Below are positions 9,334-19,543 of a stretch of DNA of 39,655 nt, one piece after another. Positions within the stretch are counted from its first letter, which is position 1. Each line of letters starts with the position of its first letter. The DNA comes from Candidatus Thorarchaeota archaeon (lineage in GTDB: Archaea > Asgardarchaeota > Thorarchaeia > Thorarchaeales > Thorarchaeaceae): contig PRDI01000066.1 of assembly GCA_003345595.1 (NCBI GenBank), forward strand, positions 1 to 39,655. The letters are read 5' to 3'. The translations under genes and the position numbers were made by a program. The notes beneath the pieces are model-generated. The model was not told where the DNA came from, did not search any database, and worked only from the letters and a program-made list of their open reading frames with translations.

Positions 9334-10667
9334 CAGACTACGTGTTCATCCTCGGGTCCAACTGGCTGCTCAGCATAGCTGAGCTCATCGTCTACTTCAG
9401 AAACAGGGACATTCACGTGGGTGTCAAAGACTTCTCCAAGAGGGCAGTTGTACTGAGCATTGCTGACGACTTCAACGATGAACAACTGACAAACATTCAG
9501 TCGGCCCTTGGGGGTTGCTACAAGGTGGCCAAGGTGGTCGCGAGCTATGACTGCAAAACGGCAAAGAGAGCTTTTCCAGTGACAGGTAGAATAAACCAGA
9601 GAGATAGAGCCGCTCTGCTCAGCTGCCCATGGGTGAAGGAGGTATGGGCGCATCCTAAGGATAAGAGGATCAAGTTCGGTGTCAGCGCGTATCCCATGTG
9701 GAATGACCAATCAGTGGACTTGAAGCGCTACACAGTCGCGATGGACGAAGCGGTCAAAGCAATCTTGGTCGAGATGGGCGCAAAGAATGTGGCGTACTAC
9801 GTATACGAAGGGCCAGATCGTAGGAAGTCAGACAGGCAGAACACCGCCCTGTGGCCGCAGACTCTGATTAGGCACGGCCTATTGACCAGTCCAAATGCTG
9901 AGGTCTTGACAGTCTTCACAACAAAAACCCTGTACATAGGCAAGACAGTCGCGGTATACGACTCAATCCTCCAACAGCACAGGGACGAAGCGAGACCCTA
10001 CACGTCGCCGGAAATAAGCACAAGTCCCAAACTCTGCAGGACTCTTCTGAATGTCGCTGGCGCAAAACCAGGTGACACAGTACTTGACCCATTCTGTGGA
10101 ACCGGAACTCTCCTGATGGAAGCGGCGGTCTTGGGCATGAGTTCCATCGGGATAGATATCGGCGATAACGCTGTCAAAGGTACCATAGCCAATCTCAGAT
10201 GGCTTGAGAGAGAACTCGACCAGAAGCTGAAGTTCACGGTGGTTAGGGGCGATGCCCGCGAAGCTGACAGCATTGTCAAGGAGGAAGTTGATGCTGTTGC
10301 ATTTGAGCCGGAGCTTGGACCAGTATACTCGACCGCGCCCGAAGACGACGAGGCGGAGAAGACCGTCAGGGACTTGACGAGCCTCTATCGCGATAGTCTG
10401 ATGGCCGCTTCACGGTGTTTGAAGCAGGGAGGGCGGGTGGCCATGACGCTTCCTGCTATCAACTCAGAACAGGGCCTGTTCAGAGTGGATTTGGCCGAGT
10501 TACTAAGAGGGACACCTTTCACCCTGATGCCGTTCCTGCCGAAGGACTGTGTAATTGATACGGTGACAAAAGGTGAAGAACCCAGACTCAAAACAGAACG
10601 CACAAGTCTGCCCGAGAGAAAGAGAGGGCAAATAGTACAGCGCGAGCTGGTAATGCTGTCAAGGTAG
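9330..10667 (+). CDS. tRNA (guanine-10-N2)-methyltransferase-like SAM-dependent methyltransferase (Trm11 family)
   Basis: RD..RP, SPKLCRTLLN, VLDPFCGTGTLLMEA, GIDI, GDAR, FEPELG; ATGA overlap with the upstream gene. Confidence 0.75.
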   Translation: MTDYVFILGSNWLLSIAELIVYFRNRDIHVGVKDFSKRAVVLSIADDFNDEQLTNIQSALGGCYKVAKVVASYDCKTAKRAFPVTGRINQRDRAALLSCPWVKEVWAHPKDKRIKFGVSAYPMWNDQSVDLKRYTVAMDEAVKAILVEMGAKNVAYYVYEGPDRRKSDRQNTALWPQTLIRHGLLTSPNAEVLTVFTTKTLYIGKTVAVYDSILQQHRDEARPYTSPEISTSPKLCRTLLNVAGAKPGDTVLDPFCGTGTLLMEAAVLGMSSIGIDIGDNAVKGTIANLRWLERELDQKLKFTVVRGDAREADSIVKEEVDAVAFEPELGPVYSTAPEDDEAEKTVRDLTSLYRDSLMAASRCLKQGGRVAMTLPAINSEQGLFRVDLAELLRGTPFTLMPFLPKDCVIDTVTKGEEPRLKTERTSLPERKRGQIVQRELVMLSR

Positions 10668-10706
10668 CCGAACCTGCACCACACATCTTGCACACATGTT
10701 GCTTCG

Positions 10707-11540
10707 CTAGAACATGTACCGGATGACATCGTCGAGAATCGCATAAATCTGAATACGATCCATGTCTTTCTTGACATAGGGCATGGCGTGTTCAAAGATC
10801 ATGTTTCGGTATGCCATAGCATCCACGACTTTCCGGGCCACATCGGTGACCACTTTGAGCATCTCCTCAAGTGCAACTCTCAGGGTCCTGTAAGGCACAC
10901 TATGGACATCGATTGAGATGACTTCGATGCCCGCCTCATCGACCGGGACAGATGCGAGAAAGGGATACGTTTCGATGAGGGACTGCAGCCGTTCATTTAT
11001 CCCGTCCACAAGCTTCTTTCGCGTCTTCTTGTCGATCTCCACCTGCATGATAGCCCTGAAGAGGTGATTGTAAACCTCTAGGGAGTCCATTGACTTGCTG
11101 GCCACAAGACTGTCATCGGTTTCTTCAAACTGGGAAACTAGCTCGTCGATGAAGTCGGCATAGTGGATGAAGCTCTCTGGGTTTCCGTGCCACTCCTTAA
11201 GCACTGAAGATATGTCGGACCCATCGGGAATCTCGTTACGCATGAACTCGTTCAATGCATATTCCAAGAGAAAACGCATGTGCCCCGTACGAGCGGCCTT
11301 GGAAACCGCCATGACAAAGAGAAGATTGTCGTTTGCCAGCCAGACGTATCTGTTCGTTTCGGTGTCAATCGTCTTCAGAGTCTCATTAGTAGCCTTGTCT
11401 ATGAATGTGTGAGTAGCAGAGAGAAAGGGAGCGATCAAATCCATGTCGATGTCTATTCCAGAGTACGCCCTCGCTACCAAGTTCCTACCTGTCTGTCGCT
11501 CAATCAACCACACTCCATGGATAGAACGTTTATCTGACAT
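10707..11540 (-). CDS. Longin-like domain protein with helical C-terminal extension
   Basis: IHGVWLIERQTGRNLVARAY..IDMDLIAPFLSATHTF..LKTIDT..RYVW..LLFVMAV follows the longin beta-beta-alpha-beta-beta-beta-alpha pattern. Start placed at MSDKRS (11540). Confidence 0.7.
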   Translation of the reverse strand: MSDKRSIHGVWLIERQTGRNLVARAYSGIDIDMDLIAPFLSATHTFIDKATNETLKTIDTETNRYVWLANDNLLFVMAVSKAARTGHMRFLLEYALNEFMRNEIPDGSDISSVLKEWHGNPESFIHYADFIDELVSQFEETDDSLVASKSMDSLEVYNHLFRAIMQVEIDKKTRKKLVDGINERLQSLIETYPFLASVPVDEAGIEVISIDVHSVPYRTLRVALEEMLKVVTDVARKVVDAMAYRNMIFEHAMPYVKKDMDRIQIYAILDDVIRYMF

Positions 11541-11794
11541 GAGGGGCCGCAAGTAAAACCGGAACCTAAGGAAATAAGCGTATGTCATACTGGAAGATGC
11601 ATGACATTCGGTTAGCTGTCACTGAAACACGCAAGACACGCGGAAAGCTAAGTGCGCTCACCGAAGGAGATCCCCACTCCCACTGGCAGCCTTTGTGCAG
11701 AGTTTCCTCTTTGGCGGAAGGGAGCCCGCATCTCACACCAGCCGATGGACCAGACTACTTATCGAGAACCTTGATTCTTACAACATACCTGCGG

Positions 11795-12757
11795 CTAGGT
11801 TGTTGAGATGCCTAATCGCTCCACCATCTCTTTGTACCGGTTGCGGACAGTGACCTCTGTGACACGAGCAGTGCGAGCTATTTCGAGCTGAGTCTTCCGT
11901 GAACCCGTGAGAATGCTAGCGACGTAGATTGCGGCCGCAGCCATCCCCTTCGGGTCCTTACCGATTGTAAGCCTCTCTGCTCGTGCTAGCTCCAGTATGT
12001 CTATCGCCTTCTTCTTGGCCTCACCCGGCAGGCCGAGCTCTGTGCCAAACCGGTGGACGAACTCGACAGGATTACTGTGGGGCACCTTCAGGTTGAGGTA
12101 TCTGAGTATTAACCGCACACACAGGCTCAGTTCCTTCCGTGTTATGTGAATCTGTTCAGTAACCTCCTCCAAGGGACGGGGCACCTTATGTTCCCTGCAT
12201 GCAAGGTAGAGCGAAGCTGCGATCATGCCAAGTATAGTCCTTCCTCGCGTCAGACGTTTCCGGAGGGCCTTCCTGTAGATCACAGCAGCAGTCTCTCGTA
12301 TTGAATACGGGATACTCAGCTGAGAACTGATTCTGTGGAGCTCTGTCATTGCAACAGCAAGATTCCGTTTGTCTGATGAGTGCACCTTAGTGCGAATCTG
12401 CCACTTGCGAAGTCTGTGTATCTGTGCTCGTCGTGTAGATGAGAGCTTCCGTCCTGACGCATCAACATTCTGTCTGCCGATGATCGTCGTGAGACCTTGG
12501 TCGAACTTGCTCCAGTCAGTGGGGCCTCCTACACGCTGTCGGGCATTCTGCTCATCAGCAGTGAAGGCACGCCACTCTGGACCCATGTCGATAGATCGGT
12601 CAGACAAAACAAGCCCGCAGTTGGAACAGATCACTTCTCCCCGGGTGTGATCAATGTACATCTCTCGAGAACTACAAGCAGAACAAACATAAGTGGTTGC
12701 ATCCATGCGCTCTCCAGGTCTTTTCGTCTTTGATTGTCCGCTGGCCAGTCCAATCAT
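11795..12757 (-). CDS. tfb: Transcription initiation factor IIB (TFB)
   Basis: Zn ribbon CSAC...GEVICSNCG, IDMGPEWRAF, RLRKWQ.R, two cyclin repeats, GKDPKGMAAAAIY, TEVTVRNRYKE. Confidence 0.96.
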   Translation of the reverse strand: MIGLASGQSKTKRPGERMDATTYVCSACSSREMYIDHTRGEVICSNCGLVLSDRSIDMGPEWRAFTADEQNARQRVGGPTDWSKFDQGLTTIIGRQNVDASGRKLSSTRRAQIHRLRKWQIRTKVHSSDKRNLAVAMTELHRISSQLSIPYSIRETAAVIYRKALRKRLTRGRTILGMIAASLYLACREHKVPRPLEEVTEQIHITRKELSLCVRLILRYLNLKVPHSNPVEFVHRFGTELGLPGEAKKKAIDILELARAERLTIGKDPKGMAAAAIYVASILTGSRKTQLEIARTARVTEVTVRNRYKEMVERLGISTT

Positions 12758-12909
12758 CTCCCTGCAGTCACTACCGTTAGGTAGGTGCGCTGTCAGAGCT
12801 GTCGATGTTTCCTCTGCTGTGCCTACTCACGGCGTATGAGAGAGCACGTTTGTGGTGGCAATCCTGGGGCAAGTGCTCCATGGGGAGCGACTGTGTTGCG
12901 CAGACGTCG

Positions 12910-12937
12910 AACCATTATAAGCGTTTGCACGGTTTTT
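12910..12937 (-). promoter_or_regulatory. Putative BRE/TATA promoter of tfb
   Basis: The minus strand reads AAAAACCGTGCAAACGCTTATAATGG, with TTATAA at 12915-12920, in the tfb/argS divergent gap. Confidence 0.4.
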
Positions 12938-13118
12938 GTTGTGTTGCTCATTTCATGATTTGCTAGTCATTCTTCTCCTCGCAGTCATTATCAAGCTTGT
13001 ATCCACACATACACAATTGATACCCTTGAGCCAGCATACTCACATTCACTTGGACTGATGATTTGTCTGAGCATACACTTATGAATCGAGGCGGGCATGC
13101 TTTCTCGAAATAGAGGAG

Positions 13119-15047
13119 ATGGCCGTCATGAGCAGGAAGGTCCCAGTCACAAATCCTTGGGACTCCGTCAAAGGGCTAGTCATCCAACTCCTTGCGGAAG
13201 CCACATCCCTTGAGAGCGGGACGATTCAGGAGTCAGTCGAGATACCGCCTGACCCAACGCTTGGAGACCTAGCTGCGACTATTGCATTTCAGTTGGCCAA
13301 GCAGCTCAAGAAGAATCCAGCCAATATCGCTGGAGACATTGCGGGCAGGATGGCAGAGCGGATCAAATCTGAACCGGTCCTCAGCCGTATTGAGTCAAAG
13401 GGACCATATCTGAATGTCTTTCTTGACCGGGGGCAGTTCGCCAAGTACACTATCCAAGCGGCCAATGGTCTGGGTCGACAGTACGGGAGAACTGACGCTT
13501 ACACTGGAAAGCGTGCTCTGATTGAGTTCCCGGCTGTGAACCCATCGAAACCTTGGCACATAGGTCATGCAAGGAATGCAGTAATCGGTGACACTCTCGG
13601 GAACATCCTTGATGCAGCAGGCTACGATGTGGTCAAGCTGGACTACATCAACGACCTGGGACTGCAGATTGCACAGCTTTGCTGGAGAATGATGCAGCAG
13701 CCAGTGCCACAAGAACAGCCAAACATGAAATACGACCAGTATCTCGGTCGGCTCTACGTTGAGGTTCAGAAATCATTCGAGAATGATGAACAGGCCGAGA
13801 AACAGATCCGTGAGGTGGCGAGGCAACTAGAAGACCTCAACTCGGACGCGGCCAATACGAGTGCCGTCATGGTGACAAAGTGTCTGCTTGCACAATGCCA
13901 GACTGCATACCGTCTAGGTATCTATCACCAGTATCAGGTCTGGGAGAGCATGATTGCGCATAGTGGTCTGCTCGATATGGCAAGAGAGATCATGTTGAAA
14001 TGTGACAACGTGGTCAAGCTCGAGGAGGGTGAAAAGGCAGGGTGCATAGTTGTCCGACTAGACACAATCGAGGAGTTCAAGGACATGCAAGAGCCCTACA
14101 AGGTTCTGTTCAGATCTGATGGGACAAGGACCTACACCGGGGCAGATGTTGCCTTGCAGATGTGGAAGTTCGGCATCATCCAGGACCCGCTCCGCTATCA
14201 GGTCTTCGATCACCAGCCGAATGGTAAGGATGTCCTCAGAACCTCACTGAAAGGACGAAAGTCACGCATCGGAAAGTTCGATGTTGTGTTCAATGTTATT
14301 GGCTCAGAACAGGCCCAACCACAGAGACTGATTTACACCATCCTCGACTTGCTGGGATACAAGAAAGAGAGTGAGAATTCCCACCACATTGCATACGCGT
14401 TTGTAGACGTCGAGGGCACCGATCTATCAGGTAGAAAGGGTACTTGGATAGGCTACTCCTGCGACGAGGTTCTTGACAAGGCAACAGAGCTCGCTAGGGA
14501 AGAGGTCGCAAAGAGAAATCCAGATGAGAGTGATGACTTCAAGGACAAGGTGGCGACACAAGTCGGAACTGGTGCAGTAAGGTACATGCTGCTCAAAGCC
14601 TCTCCTGACAGGAAGATCACTTTCAGGTGGAGCGAAGCACTGGACTTTGATGGAGATGCTGCCCCATACCTCCAATACTCCCACGCGAGAGCTCAGAGAA
14701 TCCTCGAGAAAGCAGGCGAGATTGTTTCTGCGCCTGCAGACTTGACGCTCCTGTCGACCGAAGTCGAGTTCGCTCTGGTGAAGGCGATTGCCATGTTCCC
14801 CCAAGAAGTGCTCGATGTAGTCAGGGGACTCAAGAAGAGCACGTGGGGGACCAGCTTCGACTGCAACAGACTCACATCATACTGCTACGGACTGGCGAAC
14901 CTCTTCAGTAGGTTCTATGACTCGTGCCCAGTGCTCAAAGCTGAGCCAGCAGTAGCTGCAGCCCGGTTGGAATTAGTGAAGGCCTTCAAGATGACAATGG
15001 CGAACTGTCTGGAAGTGCTTGGAATACCCGTAGTGGAGAGAATGTGA
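13119..15047 (+). CDS. argS: Arginyl-tRNA synthetase
   Basis: NPSKPWHIGHARN (HIGH), YINDLGLQ, RSDGT..Y, LSGRKG, APYLQYSHAR, FY..CPVL, C-terminal ERM. Confidence 0.96.
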   Translation: MAVMSRKVPVTNPWDSVKGLVIQLLAEATSLESGTIQESVEIPPDPTLGDLAATIAFQLAKQLKKNPANIAGDIAGRMAERIKSEPVLSRIESKGPYLNVFLDRGQFAKYTIQAANGLGRQYGRTDAYTGKRALIEFPAVNPSKPWHIGHARNAVIGDTLGNILDAAGYDVVKLDYINDLGLQIAQLCWRMMQQPVPQEQPNMKYDQYLGRLYVEVQKSFENDEQAEKQIREVARQLEDLNSDAANTSAVMVTKCLLAQCQTAYRLGIYHQYQVWESMIAHSGLLDMAREIMLKCDNVVKLEEGEKAGCIVVRLDTIEEFKDMQEPYKVLFRSDGTRTYTGADVALQMWKFGIIQDPLRYQVFDHQPNGKDVLRTSLKGRKSRIGKFDVVFNVIGSEQAQPQRLIYTILDLLGYKKESENSHHIAYAFVDVEGTDLSGRKGTWIGYSCDEVLDKATELAREEVAKRNPDESDDFKDKVATQVGTGAVRYMLLKASPDRKITFRWSEALDFDGDAAPYLQYSHARAQRILEKAGEIVSAPADLTLLSTEVEFALVKAIAMFPQEVLDVVRGLKKSTWGTSFDCNRLTSYCYGLANLFSRFYDSCPVLKAEPAVAAARLELVKAFKMTMANCLEVLGIPVVERM

Positions 15048-15048
15048 T

Positions 15049-16398
15049 TCATCCAGACGTCACTTGGGCCGACTCGACCACAATCGAGGGGGTCACCATG
15101 GTTCCAGTCGCCCTTGTATCAGCACCCACTCTGTGGATCCTTTGCAGCAGGTCGCGCATGTTGATACCGACGAGCGTGCTCTTGACAGGATGCTTCACTT
15201 CTCCGTCCTTTATGTAGAACCCTTCCATCACCATGGCACTCAAGTCGCCAGTCGTCATGTTAGGCCTGTCCCCGGTGTTGCGGCATAGGATGCCAACTTT
15301 GAGTTCCGAAACGAGGTCATCAAGTGTTCCTTTCCCGGGAGTGATCATGAAATTGGAGCTCGCAATGGATGGCGTGCCTGCGTACGAAGGACGACTTGCA
15401 TTGCCTGTGTTCTTGATACGGTCCTTGTTCGCTGTATAGGAGTTGTGTAGGAGACTCTTCAATACTCCACCATTCAGTATCTCTGTGCGCTGTGATGGAA
15501 CTCCCTCTGCATCGAACACGCGTGACCCAACGCCCCCCTTAAGGATGCCATCATCAACTATGTGTAACTCCTCAGAAGCAATTCTAGATCCAATGGCGTC
15601 TGAAACGTATGACCGCCCGAACTGTACCTCCTCAGCATTGATGGCCCCAGCAAAGCCACCACCAATCACAGTAGTGACAGCAAGAGGAGTCAGTATTACA
15701 GGCATCACTCCACCCTCGACGGTCTTGCCACCCAAGCAGTGTATGGCGTTCTCCGACGATGACCTGCCTACCCATTCGGGGTCTATATCTTTGAGGTGTC
15801 GCGAGATCTGGAATTCGTAGCTTGCAGTCTGCTCGCCTTCCTCCTTGATTGTGGGGTAAGTGTACACCGTCGCAGAAGTGGTCTGGTCAGAGAGTGAGAT
15901 GCCCTGCGAACTGACGATGGCCTTTGCGCCTGACGAAACGCTCAGTTGAGCCTCGATGGCGAACTTCTTGCCAGCAAGCACGGCCTTGGCTGAGTCCACA
16001 GCTCTGATCACTAGCTCCGCGGCATCCTCTGATTGCAGGCTGACAATGGTGCGGTCATAGAGACCACTCACTACGGGGTAGCGCTCTTCTGAGGACGGGA
16101 GACTCATGAAGCTCGGGTCAGCGACAGACGCTTTCGCGAGCCCTACAGAGTTCTTGGCCGCTTCTTCAATATCCTTCTCAAGCAGGGTTGTTACGTACGC
16201 GAAGCCCACACGCTTGCCGATCACTGATCTGATTCCACAGCCTGCATCGCGCCTCTCCGAAGCGCTCTTTATGGCACTATTCTCAACATCGACAGAGAAC
16301 GATCTTGCTGAGGCCAGATACACCTCAGCCTGTTCTGCTCCAAGGCGCTCCGCTGTTTTGACAGCCTTCTCGCCAATCGCTAACAACTGTTGAGTCAC
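15049..16398 (-). CDS. pmbA: TldD/PmbA family protein, non-catalytic PmbA/TldE-type subunit
   Basis: FDAEGVPSQR, LHNSYTA, TGNASR, TGDLS; no HExxxH motif; downstream of tldD. Confidence 0.88.
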   Translation of the reverse strand: MTQQLLAIGEKAVKTAERLGAEQAEVYLASARSFSVDVENSAIKSASERRDAGCGIRSVIGKRVGFAYVTTLLEKDIEEAAKNSVGLAKASVADPSFMSLPSSEERYPVVSGLYDRTIVSLQSEDAAELVIRAVDSAKAVLAGKKFAIEAQLSVSSGAKAIVSSQGISLSDQTTSATVYTYPTIKEEGEQTASYEFQISRHLKDIDPEWVGRSSSENAIHCLGGKTVEGGVMPVILTPLAVTTVIGGGFAGAINAEEVQFGRSYVSDAIGSRIASEELHIVDDGILKGGVGSRVFDAEGVPSQRTEILNGGVLKSLLHNSYTANKDRIKNTGNASRPSYAGTPSIASSNFMITPGKGTLDDLVSELKVGILCRNTGDRPNMTTGDLSAMVMEGFYIKDGEVKHPVKSTLVGINMRDLLQRIHRVGADTRATGTMVTPSIVVESAQVTSG

Positions 16399-16399
16399 T

Positions 16400-17785
16400 C
16401 TACATACCTCCTACTGGCACGCCACGTATCCGAGCATGCGGCCCCCCGCTGTTGTCGGGCACCAACTGCCCATTCTTTCCACATGTGCCAGCTTCCATCT
16501 CGAAGTCCTTGGCAATTCCATCTATCTTGGCTAGTACATCTAGGATTTGACCTGCGAGAGAGACATCACGCACCATTTGCCCTAGTTCCCCCTTCTCAAT
16601 GAGGTAACCGTGACTCGCTTGGAACATGAACTGCCCCTTGGACGGCTCGGTGTAGCCATAGTTGAAATCGCATAACATGACGCCTTGCTTGGTGTCTGCA
16701 ATGAGTTCGTCCACCTCCCAATCACCACGTTCCATGAAGGTGTTGCTCATGCGAGGAATAGGCTCATACATGAAAGACTGGGCCCTGGCTGCGCCATTAA
16801 GTTCCATCCCCAATCTACTGGATGACTCAAGACTATGAAGCAGGTCTGTCAGGATTCCGTTCTTCACGAGATGCCTCTTGCGAGTCTTGGTGCCCTCCCA
16901 ATCGTACTCGAAAGTGCCTCTCTGACCGACAAGCGTCGGATCATCGCTAAGATTGAGGCTTTCGGGACCCACCTTCGTTCCGACCTTATCCTCAAGGACG
17001 GTCGCATGAGCCGGCCAATTATCCGCCTCACATGCGTGGCCAAATGCCTCATGGACCATGACACCATTCAGTATTGGATCCATGATCACATCATGGACAC
17101 CGCCCTTTGCGGCCACTGACGAGAGCAGCTCAACAGCCAGTTTTGAAGACTCCTCTCCCAGAACCTGCACTGGCTCCGTCTGCATCTGCTCAAAGCCGCC
17201 CCTCACGCCAATTGACTTGTATGCACGCTGTCTGTTGGCACCATCCTTGGCTGTCGCCATGCAGGTGATCCGCGGAAGAGAGTTCTCTATGTGCACAGCC
17301 GTGCCCAAGGAGTTGGCAACATATAGCTCGCTCCACATGTCAGCATATGTCGTTCGGGTGTTGGAGATCCTCTTATCGAACCCCCGAGCTTGGTCGTCTA
17401 TCATCTTGGCGAGCCCGACCTTCTCCTCTATTGACACGTCTTGAAAGGGTCGCTTGACCTTTAGATGGACGCTGTCAGTGAACGTCTTCCCTTCAATGCC
17501 AAATTTGGCAGCCACACGTTCATGTGTGGCAAGTGCCAGCTTCGCAACAGACTCACCAGTCCGACGCATACCACTTGCAGTGAGGTCGGTACACTGACCG
17601 AATGCCCAAGCCCCATCAATAAGTGCCCTTATGCCAGCACCCTTCAGTCTCGACATGGTCGCACGCTTTGTGATCCCATCACTCATCTCGATGTTTGTCG
17701 TAATGGTGTTCTCAATACGGACATCAGAGAAAGCGACTCCAACCTTGATGGCTGCATCAATTGCTGCTTTTGCAAGACTCTCCAT
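16400..17785 (-). CDS. tldD: TldD family metalloprotease
   Basis: VHEAFGHACEAD (HExxxH), YDWEG, PIPRMSNT, GTCGKNGQLVP..GGPH. Confidence 0.92.
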   Translation of the reverse strand: MESLAKAAIDAAIKVGVAFSDVRIENTITTNIEMSDGITKRATMSRLKGAGIRALIDGAWAFGQCTDLTASGMRRTGESVAKLALATHERVAAKFGIEGKTFTDSVHLKVKRPFQDVSIEEKVGLAKMIDDQARGFDKRISNTRTTYADMWSELYVANSLGTAVHIENSLPRITCMATAKDGANRQRAYKSIGVRGGFEQMQTEPVQVLGEESSKLAVELLSSVAAKGGVHDVIMDPILNGVMVHEAFGHACEADNWPAHATVLEDKVGTKVGPESLNLSDDPTLVGQRGTFEYDWEGTKTRKRHLVKNGILTDLLHSLESSSRLGMELNGAARAQSFMYEPIPRMSNTFMERGDWEVDELIADTKQGVMLCDFNYGYTEPSKGQFMFQASHGYLIEKGELGQMVRDVSLAGQILDVLAKIDGIAKDFEMEAGTCGKNGQLVPDNSGGPHARIRGVPVGGM

Positions 17786-17974
17786 AATCGGCTGTCCCTA
17801 CATATGGCGGCTATGACCCGGAATATAACCGATTTGAAGACTGCATTCACACTCAACGCCTAGAGACAATTAGCCTCAAACTGGGTTTCCCTGCTAATAC
17901 CGACGTGATACACAGCCAATTATTCAAGACTATACCACGGTAAAGCTTGAGTCCAGAGGCCCGGAGGAAAACAG

Positions 17975-19543
17975 TTGAACGAAGATCCCTCAGTTCATGC
18001 ATGTCAAGTGTGCGGTAGCAATCGAGCCACTCATCTCTGTGAGGACTGCGGAGAGATACTGTGTCTGGACTGTATGGAAACGAAATCCAGCGTGCACTAT
18101 GTGTGCAGCAATTGCCATCATGCGCTAGGGACACCGCCGCCGGGGGAGAAGTTCGAGAGATGCCCAGAATGTGACTCGAAGGAGCTGAGTCTTGGCAAAC
18201 GCCTAGAAGAGATCTGTCCAAGATGTCACTCCTCGCGTACAGCTCCAATCGAGGAGAAGAGAAGAGCTCTAGCACAGGACATGCGTCGTGCAATCATGAG
18301 TATTCAGTACGGCTACATGAGGCTGAGAGACTTTACGAACAGGCTCACATCAGCGAAGAGGCTTCTGGTATCTCTTAGGATGGCCAACTTCCTTCACTAC
18401 CGATGGTTGGAAGACAAGATCGAGGACATACAGTCCGAGCTTCCGGCAATCAAGAACAGAGTTGCCAATCAGGCAGAGATCATTGCAAGACAGATGACGG
18501 CCGAAACCAAGGGCTTCCTCGACTACAACACATGGTCAGCGGCTCAGTTTCCCTTTATAGGAGGAGTGACCAACCGCATAACAGAACTTGGCAATCAGTA
18601 CAGGCGCAATGTCGATGAGGCTCTTGAGAGTGTACGACTTACAATCTCAGATTTGGAACAGCAACTGGATGGACTGGACTACTACAAGAAGCAGTTTGCA
18701 GGTTTCTACGACACTGCGGAGCTGTCGGTCAACGAACTGCCAGTCTGTGCTCTGCCTGAGATAAGGATTGCAGGCAGTGACTTCCTCAAGAATGACAAGG
18801 CTCTGGGCACGCTCTACATAACAAACAGGAGACTCATCTTCATTGCTGAAACAGGTCGGTTACGCAAGAAGACTGACATCATATTCGATTTCCCTCTCAT
18901 GTATCTGAAAAGCATCGAAGGTGACGGTCGTCTGAGGAAGAGGGTTGTCCTGAAGATGAAGCAGGGCGAAGTCAAGCTCTCTTGTAACGAGCAGACGGAG
19001 AAGGTGCTGCCAGACTATGTCGAAATCGCCAGGAAGTTCGACAAATACATGCAGTCGGATCTCCAGAGAACGAGGAAGCTCGGTCAATCAGATATCCCCG
19101 TCAGTGATGTTAGACTCAAGATCGAGGAGCTTGTGTACTCGCTCATCTCCTCAGGCGCCGCCGTAGAGCAAGACAGAGAAACGGGGAGGGCATCTGGTGC
19201 ATATCCGAGACATGTAGGGCCGTATGCGGCCGGCGCCCAGTTCCGGCGTGATTTCCGGCAGAGCAGCAGCCCCTACCCGCGTGACCGACTGAGAAGGGAC
19301 ATAGAAGGCATGTTTGAGAACCGAGAACAGCCACACCGACCAGATGGTTCAAGCAGTTACATGTCCAGCAGTGACACGTTGGTCATCGATGATGCAATAA
19401 AGGACACAGTGCATCTCTTCAGGAGCGGGCAACTGGTGCCCGAGGACTTCATCAGGCGATACAAGGGGCTCATGCGTGACTCATACGACACTAGAAGAAG
19501 ACTGGAGTCTGTTTCAAGATATGCGCAGAGTGTAGAGCGGTGA
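17975..19543 (+). CDS. ESCRT-I Vps23/TSG101-like steadiness-box protein with B-box/Zn fingers, coiled coil and GRAM/PH domain
   Basis: Six CxxC pairs in aa 9-85; long helical region; GTLYITNRRLIF..FDFPL..LKSIE (GRAM/GLUE-like). The C-terminal IDDAIKDTVHLFRSGQLVPEDFIRRYKGLMRDSY.TR matches the steadiness box. Adjacent to ESCRT-III. Confidence 0.72.
   Translation: MNEDPSVHACQVCGSNRATHLCEDCGEILCLDCMETKSSVHYVCSNCHHALGTPPPGEKFERCPECDSKELSLGKRLEEICPRCHSSRTAPIEEKRRALAQDMRRAIMSIQYGYMRLRDFTNRLTSAKRLLVSLRMANFLHYRWLEDKIEDIQSELPAIKNRVANQAEIIARQMTAETKGFLDYNTWSAAQFPFIGGVTNRITELGNQYRRNVDEALESVRLTISDLEQQLDGLDYYKKQFAGFYDTAELSVNELPVCALPEIRIAGSDFLKNDKALGTLYITNRRLIFIAETGRLRKKTDIIFDFPLMYLKSIEGDGRLRKRVVLKMKQGEVKLSCNEQTEKVLPDYVEIARKFDKYMQSDLQRTRKLGQSDIPVSDVRLKIEELVYSLISSGAAVEQDRETGRASGAYPRHVGPYAAGAQFRRDFRQSSSPYPRDRLRRDIEGMFENREQPHRPDGSSSYMSSSDTLVIDDAIKDTVHLFRSGQLVPEDFIRRYKGLMRDSYDTRRRLESVSRYAQSVER

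Noticed and set aside
15049-17785. tldD/pmbA as part of the ESCRT system or of a RiPP cluster
   Set aside because: This is a widespread archaeal housekeeping pair. No precursor peptide or YcaO gene is nearby, and adjacency alone is not evidence of a link.
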